A stretch of DNA of 20,000 nucleotides from an uncultured virus (IMG/VR IMGVR_UViG_3300025168_000059). Taxonomy: Duplodnaviria > Heunggongvirae > Uroviricota > Caudoviricetes. The notes under the pieces were generated by a model. That model was not told the origin of the DNA, ran no database searches, and saw only the letters and a program-made list of their open reading frames with translations. This document shows, in pieces, positions 15,900 to 20,000 of the stretch. Every line of letters begins with the position of its first letter. Positions within the stretch are counted from its first letter, which is position 1. Location of the stretch: the IMG/VR virus record IMGVR_UViG_3300025168_000059; one strand, 5' to 3'. The position numbers and the translations under genes are program-made.

Positions 15900-16895
15900 A
15901 TGGCTATTAAAAGCCGGAATAGTAAAGATTACTTACATACAAATGTCATACTTGGTAAAATTACTGAGTATGACATTTTTAAGTATTACTGTCCTAGTTT
16001 TTTAGAACTCCGTAAAAAGTTTAAAAGTGAACTACGTAAAGATAATTCTCCAACTGTTTCAATAATTCCTTATAATGGAAGATTACTGTATAAAGATTTT
16101 GGTAGTTCTGAGCATGCTTTTGATTGTTTTAACTATGTAAAATACAAATATGGGTGTTCTTTTATCGGAGCTCTTAGAATTATTGATTGCGACTTTAATT
16201 TAGGTCTAAGCCCAAAGAACGATGTTATTAATTTTACTATGGGTTATATGGCGTACAGACAAGATAAAACTCCAAAATTTACTGAGTCTCAAGTTATTAT
16301 TAGAAAGAAAAATCGACTTTGGACTAAAGAAGATGCGAAGTTTTGGTCTCAATATTTGGTCAGTAAAGAATTATTAATTAAGTTTGCTGTCGAACCAATT
16401 AGTCATTTCTGGGTTAACAGTAATAGATTTAGCTGTAAATCAATCAGTTATGCTTTTCGATTCAATAATAGGTATAAAATCTATTCTCCTTATGATACTA
16501 AAAATAAATGGCTAAGCAATACAAAAAAGACAGACGTGCAAGGCTATAAACAACTCCCAAATAAAGGTGAGAGGGTAATCATTACATCATCTCTTAAAGA
16601 TGTTATATGTTTACACGCTGCAGGGTATAATGCAATTGCGATGCAAAGCGAAATGCAAGTTCCTGAGCAAAAATTAGTAGATGAGTTAAAATCTAGGTTT
16701 AAACAAATAGATGTTTTATACGATAATGATTTCGATAAAGTGAATAATCCTGGCCAGACAATGGCTAAGAAAATTTGTGATTTATATGGTTTTAATAACA
16801 TATGTATACCGACTAGTTTTGAATCTAAAGATCCATCTGACTTAGTTAGTAATACAAATGCATTTACTAATTTAAATTTTATACTAGATGACTAG
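15900..16895 (+). CDS. DNA primase (crAss-like TOPRIM)
   Basis: SELRKDNSPT...YKDFG in the N-terminal domain; ITSSLKDV, LYDND (DxD) and KDPSD. Confidence 0.85.
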   Translation: MAIKSRNSKDYLHTNVILGKITEYDIFKYYCPSFLELRKKFKSELRKDNSPTVSIIPYNGRLLYKDFGSSEHAFDCFNYVKYKYGCSFIGALRIIDCDFNLGLSPKNDVINFTMGYMAYRQDKTPKFTESQVIIRKKNRLWTKEDAKFWSQYLVSKELLIKFAVEPISHFWVNSNRFSCKSISYAFRFNNRYKIYSPYDTKNKWLSNTKKTDVQGYKQLPNKGERVIITSSLKDVICLHAAGYNAIAMQSEMQVPEQKLVDELKSRFKQIDVLYDNDFDKVNNPGQTMAKKICDLYGFNNICIPTSFESKDPSDLVSNTNAFTNLNFILDD

Positions 16896-18057
16896 AGATG
16901 AGATTGTTGAAAAACTAAGAACAAAAAAAGGATTTTTAAAAAAAGGAGCACAATGGTTAGCTGATAAATGGGAAGTAGATATAGCTATTATTAAAGATTG
17001 TAAAAAACTAGTAACTTCTGAAGAGTGGGTACAAGAAAGAATGAACAATGACAATGGGCATGCCCTAAGTCAAAGTCAGGCATTTTCAAAACATTTACTC
17101 GACAATGGATTAACTATGGCGGATGTTAAGTCAGTTAAATTTTGGCAAAACATGATGGGCGAGCAAAGATATAGTATAGTAACGCATAATCAATGGCATG
17201 AACAGCCACAAGTTAAAGATGAGCTATTAAATTATATTAAATCTCATTCACATAAAGTTAAGAAGATTAAATATTCTAAACCAAAAGATCCTATCCTTTA
17301 TGAAATATCTTTACCTGATATACATTATGGTAAGATAACAGATGATTCTCCAGGAACTATAGAAGATCATTATATGAAAGCTATAGTAGACTTACATAGA
17401 AAAGCTGATGGACTTGAGATAGATAGATTTTTATTGCCTGTAGGTAATGACGGTCTTAACTCTGAAGGTTACTCTAGAGCCACTACTAAAGGAACGCCTC
17501 AACAAGATCATATGATGTGGAGACAATCTTTTAGAGGTTATTGGCATTTAGTTATGAAGGCAATTGATTACTTATCGCAGTTTGCTCCAGTAGATGTTGT
17601 AGTTGTGCAAGGTAACCATGACTTTGAACGCATGTTTTATGTAGGAGAAGTTTTAGATGCAATGTATACTAACAATAAAAATGTAACTATAGATAATAGT
17701 TTAGATACTCGTAAGTATTATGAGTATGGGACTAATATGATTATGTTTACACACGGTGACAAAGAGAAAGCTCAAGAATTACCTTTATTAATTGCTACAG
17801 AACAACCTGAAATGTGGAGTAGATGTAAAGTTAGAGAGGTGCACTGTGGACATAAGCATAAAGAAATGCTGAATGAATACATGGGAACTAAAGTTAGATT
17901 TATACCTTCTATATGTGGGAACGACGCTTGGCATAAAACTCAAGGGTATGTTGGTACATTAAGATGTGGACAAGCATTTATCTGGAATAAGAATAGAGGT
18001 CTGGAAGGGTACCTTCAAACTAATATCATGAATTATGGTGTGGAAAAGAAGAACTAA
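16888..18057 (+). CDS. Calcineurin-like metallophosphoesterase / nuclease
   Basis: All five motifs present: PDIHYG, GND, GNHD, THGD and GHKH. Confidence 0.88.
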   Translation: MTRDEIVEKLRTKKGFLKKGAQWLADKWEVDIAIIKDCKKLVTSEEWVQERMNNDNGHALSQSQAFSKHLLDNGLTMADVKSVKFWQNMMGEQRYSIVTHNQWHEQPQVKDELLNYIKSHSHKVKKIKYSKPKDPILYEISLPDIHYGKITDDSPGTIEDHYMKAIVDLHRKADGLEIDRFLLPVGNDGLNSEGYSRATTKGTPQQDHMMWRQSFRGYWHLVMKAIDYLSQFAPVDVVVVQGNHDFERMFYVGEVLDAMYTNNKNVTIDNSLDTRKYYEYGTNMIMFTHGDKEKAQELPLLIATEQPEMWSRCKVREVHCGHKHKEMLNEYMGTKVRFIPSICGNDAWHKTQGYVGTLRCGQAFIWNKNRGLEGYLQTNIMNYGVEKKN

Positions 18058-18481
18058 AAAGCCTGGAAGATCTAAAGTAAAGAATGCTAAAAAATCTACT
18101 TATGATGGTAAAAACTTTCAATCTAATTTAGAATTATATTGTTATAAGCAATTAGAAGAAGCTGAAATATTAGTAGAGTATGAAGAAACTACATTTACAA
18201 TATTTGAAGGCTTAGTTTACCCTCAAGCATGTTATGAAGGTACAGCTAAAAAGTTGTATAACAAAGGCTCTAAAATCAGACCTATTACATACACACCTGA
18301 TTTTGTAGATCCAAACGGTAAATTTATTATCGAGACAAAAGGCTATGCAAATGAGTCTTTCCCACTAAGATGGAAACTATTCAAAAAACATCTTAAAGAT
18401 AACAATCATCACTATGTGCTTTTTATGCCAAGAAACAAAAAGCAAGTAGATGAGGTTGTAGATCTTATCAAACAATTATAA
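18035..18481 (+). CDS. PD-(D/E)xK endonuclease (DUF1064 / T7 endonuclease I-like)
   Basis: DGKNFQSNLE...YTPDFV...IIETKG. Confidence 0.85.
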   Translation: MVWKRRTKKPGRSKVKNAKKSTYDGKNFQSNLELYCYKQLEEAEILVEYEETTFTIFEGLVYPQACYEGTAKKLYNKGSKIRPITYTPDFVDPNGKFIIETKGYANESFPLRWKLFKKHLKDNNHHYVLFMPRNKKQVDEVVDLIKQL

Positions 18482-18485
18482 GTTA

Positions 18486-18585
18486 GGACTAGTTTTTTGG
18501 CGTTTAAGGTAATTCTTAAATGTACCCGGCTAGACGGGCATTGTAGAGTACCTGATCTACATGTAAGTCCGCTCCTTTCTTTTTT
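18486..18585 (+). other. Four-way-junction structured intergenic element
   Basis: GGACT/AGTCC closes three hairpins (GCGTTTAAG/CTTAAATGT, CCCG/CGGG, TGTAGA/TCTACA) and is followed by a U-rich tract. Confidence 0.55.
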
Positions 18586-18610
18586 ATTAATCAATTAAAC
18601 AATTAAACAA

Positions 18611-18808
18611 ATGGCATATTTAGTAAGCCCCTGCTGTGGGCAAGATTACAGCGACTCTATAGATGAAGAAGGATATGAAGTTTATATCTGTGACAATCCT
18701 AAATGTAAAGAAGAATTTTCAGAGCCTATAGAAGACTACGAGTTTCATGACCGCATGAGAGATGCATATTTAGAAGATCGTATGGAAGAAAGAAGACTAG
18801 GACTATGA
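18611..18808 (+). CDS. Small acidic Zn-ribbon-like protein
   Basis: SPCCG...ICDNPKC, with ATGA overlap onto the next gene. Confidence 0.7.
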   Translation: MAYLVSPCCGQDYSDSIDEEGYEVYICDNPKCKEEFSEPIEDYEFHDRMRDAYLEDRMEERRLGL

Positions 18809-19659
18809 TAAAAAAGATCACTAGAAAGTCTATGCTTATTAGACCTTCAGGTAGATCTACAGATTTTATAAGTCCAAGCTTTGGTTACGGTTGTTTGTAT
18901 AACTGTTCTTATTGCTATATGAAAAGACATAAAGATAAAGGTCTTGACGTAGCAACTAACACAGGAGATATACTAACAGCTATCAATAACCATGCTTTCT
19001 TTACACCTGTAGATAAACCTAATCAAACACATCCTGAACTTACAACATACGACATTAGTTGTAACGAGGATTTTGCACTACATGCTAAGCACCATGAATG
19101 GGAAAAGATATTTGAATTTTTCAGAGATCATCCTATTGCTATGGGCAGTTTTGCAACAAAATATGTTAATGACAGTCTTCTTTCGTTTAACCCTCAAGGT
19201 AAAATACGTATAAGATTTAGTCTTATGCCTCAACACAAATCAGATTTACATGAGCCTAAGACATCTAAAATTATAGATAGACTACACGCAATTGATAGAT
19301 TTGTTGACGCTGGATACGATGTACATGTTAACTATAGCCCTATTATAATATATAATGGATGGCTAAAAGATTATAAAGATTTATTTAATCTAGTAGATAT
19401 GCATGTAAAAAACAAAGACAAAGTATTATCAGAATGTATTTTTCTTACACACAACTTTAAGAAACACACAGTTAACTTAGGGAAACACCCTGAAACAGAA
19501 GTAGACTTGTGGGTTTTAGATAAACAAGAAGTTAAGCGCTCACAGTACGGTGGTGAAAATATACGATATAAACTTGGTATGAAAGCTGAGTATATAAAAG
19601 AATTTAAACAATTACATCAATCAATTATACCTTGGAATACTATAAGGTATATATTTTAA
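18805..19659 (+). CDS. splB: Spore photoproduct lyase-like radical SAM enzyme
   Basis: GCLYNCSYCY (CxxxCxxC), DISCNED, FATK, RIRFS, EPKTS, GYDV...SPII, YGGENIRY and C-terminal IRYIF are colinear with SplB motifs as recalled. Confidence 0.85.
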   Translation: MIKKITRKSMLIRPSGRSTDFISPSFGYGCLYNCSYCYMKRHKDKGLDVATNTGDILTAINNHAFFTPVDKPNQTHPELTTYDISCNEDFALHAKHHEWEKIFEFFRDHPIAMGSFATKYVNDSLLSFNPQGKIRIRFSLMPQHKSDLHEPKTSKIIDRLHAIDRFVDAGYDVHVNYSPIIIYNGWLKDYKDLFNLVDMHVKNKDKVLSECIFLTHNFKKHTVNLGKHPETEVDLWVLDKQEVKRSQYGGENIRYKLGMKAEYIKEFKQLHQSIIPWNTIRYIF

Positions 19660-19669
19660 ACAATTAAAC

Positions 19670-20000
19670 ATGAGAACAATACAAGATCAACTCTCTAGAA
19701 TATCAAAGACATTGATATTTTCAGAGCCTTTCTACGGTATCTTTCTTATTGGACTACAAAAAGAGTTCACTAAGAGTTGCGCTACCGCAGGTGTAGGAAA
19801 ACACGGCATTGGAATGAGACTAGTTATTAATCCAGATTTCTTTGGAGCCCTAAGTGAAGATCATCAACACGGCCTGCTAAAACATGAGCTATTACATATA
19901 GCTTTTGGGCATATTATACTAGCAGATAGATACCCTAACAAAAAGCTTTTTAATATTGCGGCAGATATAGAAATCAACCAATATATTAGCGAGTTGATGT
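19670..20000 (+). CDS. HExxH metallopeptidase-like protein (DUF2201 N-terminal-like), partial
   Basis: Manual translation: MRTIQDQLSRISKTLIFSEPFYG...TAGV...INPDFF...LLKHELLHIAFGH...NIAADIEINQ. Runs off the window end. Confidence 0.82.
   Translation, partial: MRTIQDQLSRISKTLIFSEPFYGIFLIGLQKEFTKSCATAGVGKHGIGMRLVINPDFFGALSEDHQHGLLKHELLHIAFGHIILADRYPNKKLFNIAADIEINQYISELM

Noticed and set aside
18486..18570. tRNA gene
   Set aside because: Cloverleaf-like, but arm lengths are wrong and there is no D-loop/T-loop consensus or CCA.
8083..18594. Minus-strand ORFs across the replication module (8083, 10611, 11451, 12273, 12574, 13630, 13718, 14502, 14856, 16544, 18412)
   Set aside because: Antisense shadows of plus-strand genes, with no motifs.
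1..20000. Stop-codon reassignment (TAG or TGA), as in some crAss-like phages
   Set aside because: All long genes are intact in code 11, and TAG and TGA act as real stops at gene ends and in ATGA overlaps.

Overview
AT-rich dsDNA phage fragment of crAss-like (Crassvirales-related) type. The host is probably a Bacteroidota species, inferred from TAnnTTTG/TTTG promoters and A-rich, SD-less translation starts. The left arm (1-4866, minus strand) is a packaging module: partial terminase large subunit, a conserved terminase-adjacent gene, a ParB-like protein, an HU/IHF-like protein, small Cys-rich proteins and a roofless GroES. A divergent, largely non-coding switch region (about 4870-6860) holds a promoter-driven, highly base-paired ~250-nt candidate ncRNA with a pseudoknot, an array of stem-closed structured elements each followed by TTAACNTAAAC, and an H-type pseudoknot upstream of a putative SSB gene. 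The right arm (plus strand) is a replication/repair module: family A DNA polymerase, SF2 helicase, DnaB-like helicase, Sak4-like ATPase, SSB-like protein, primase, metallophosphoesterase, PD-(D/E)xK nuclease, a spore photoproduct lyase-like radical SAM enzyme and a partial HExxH (DUF2201-like) protein. Genes read in the standard code. All calls come from manual motif recognition and by-eye base pairing; no searches or folding programs were run.
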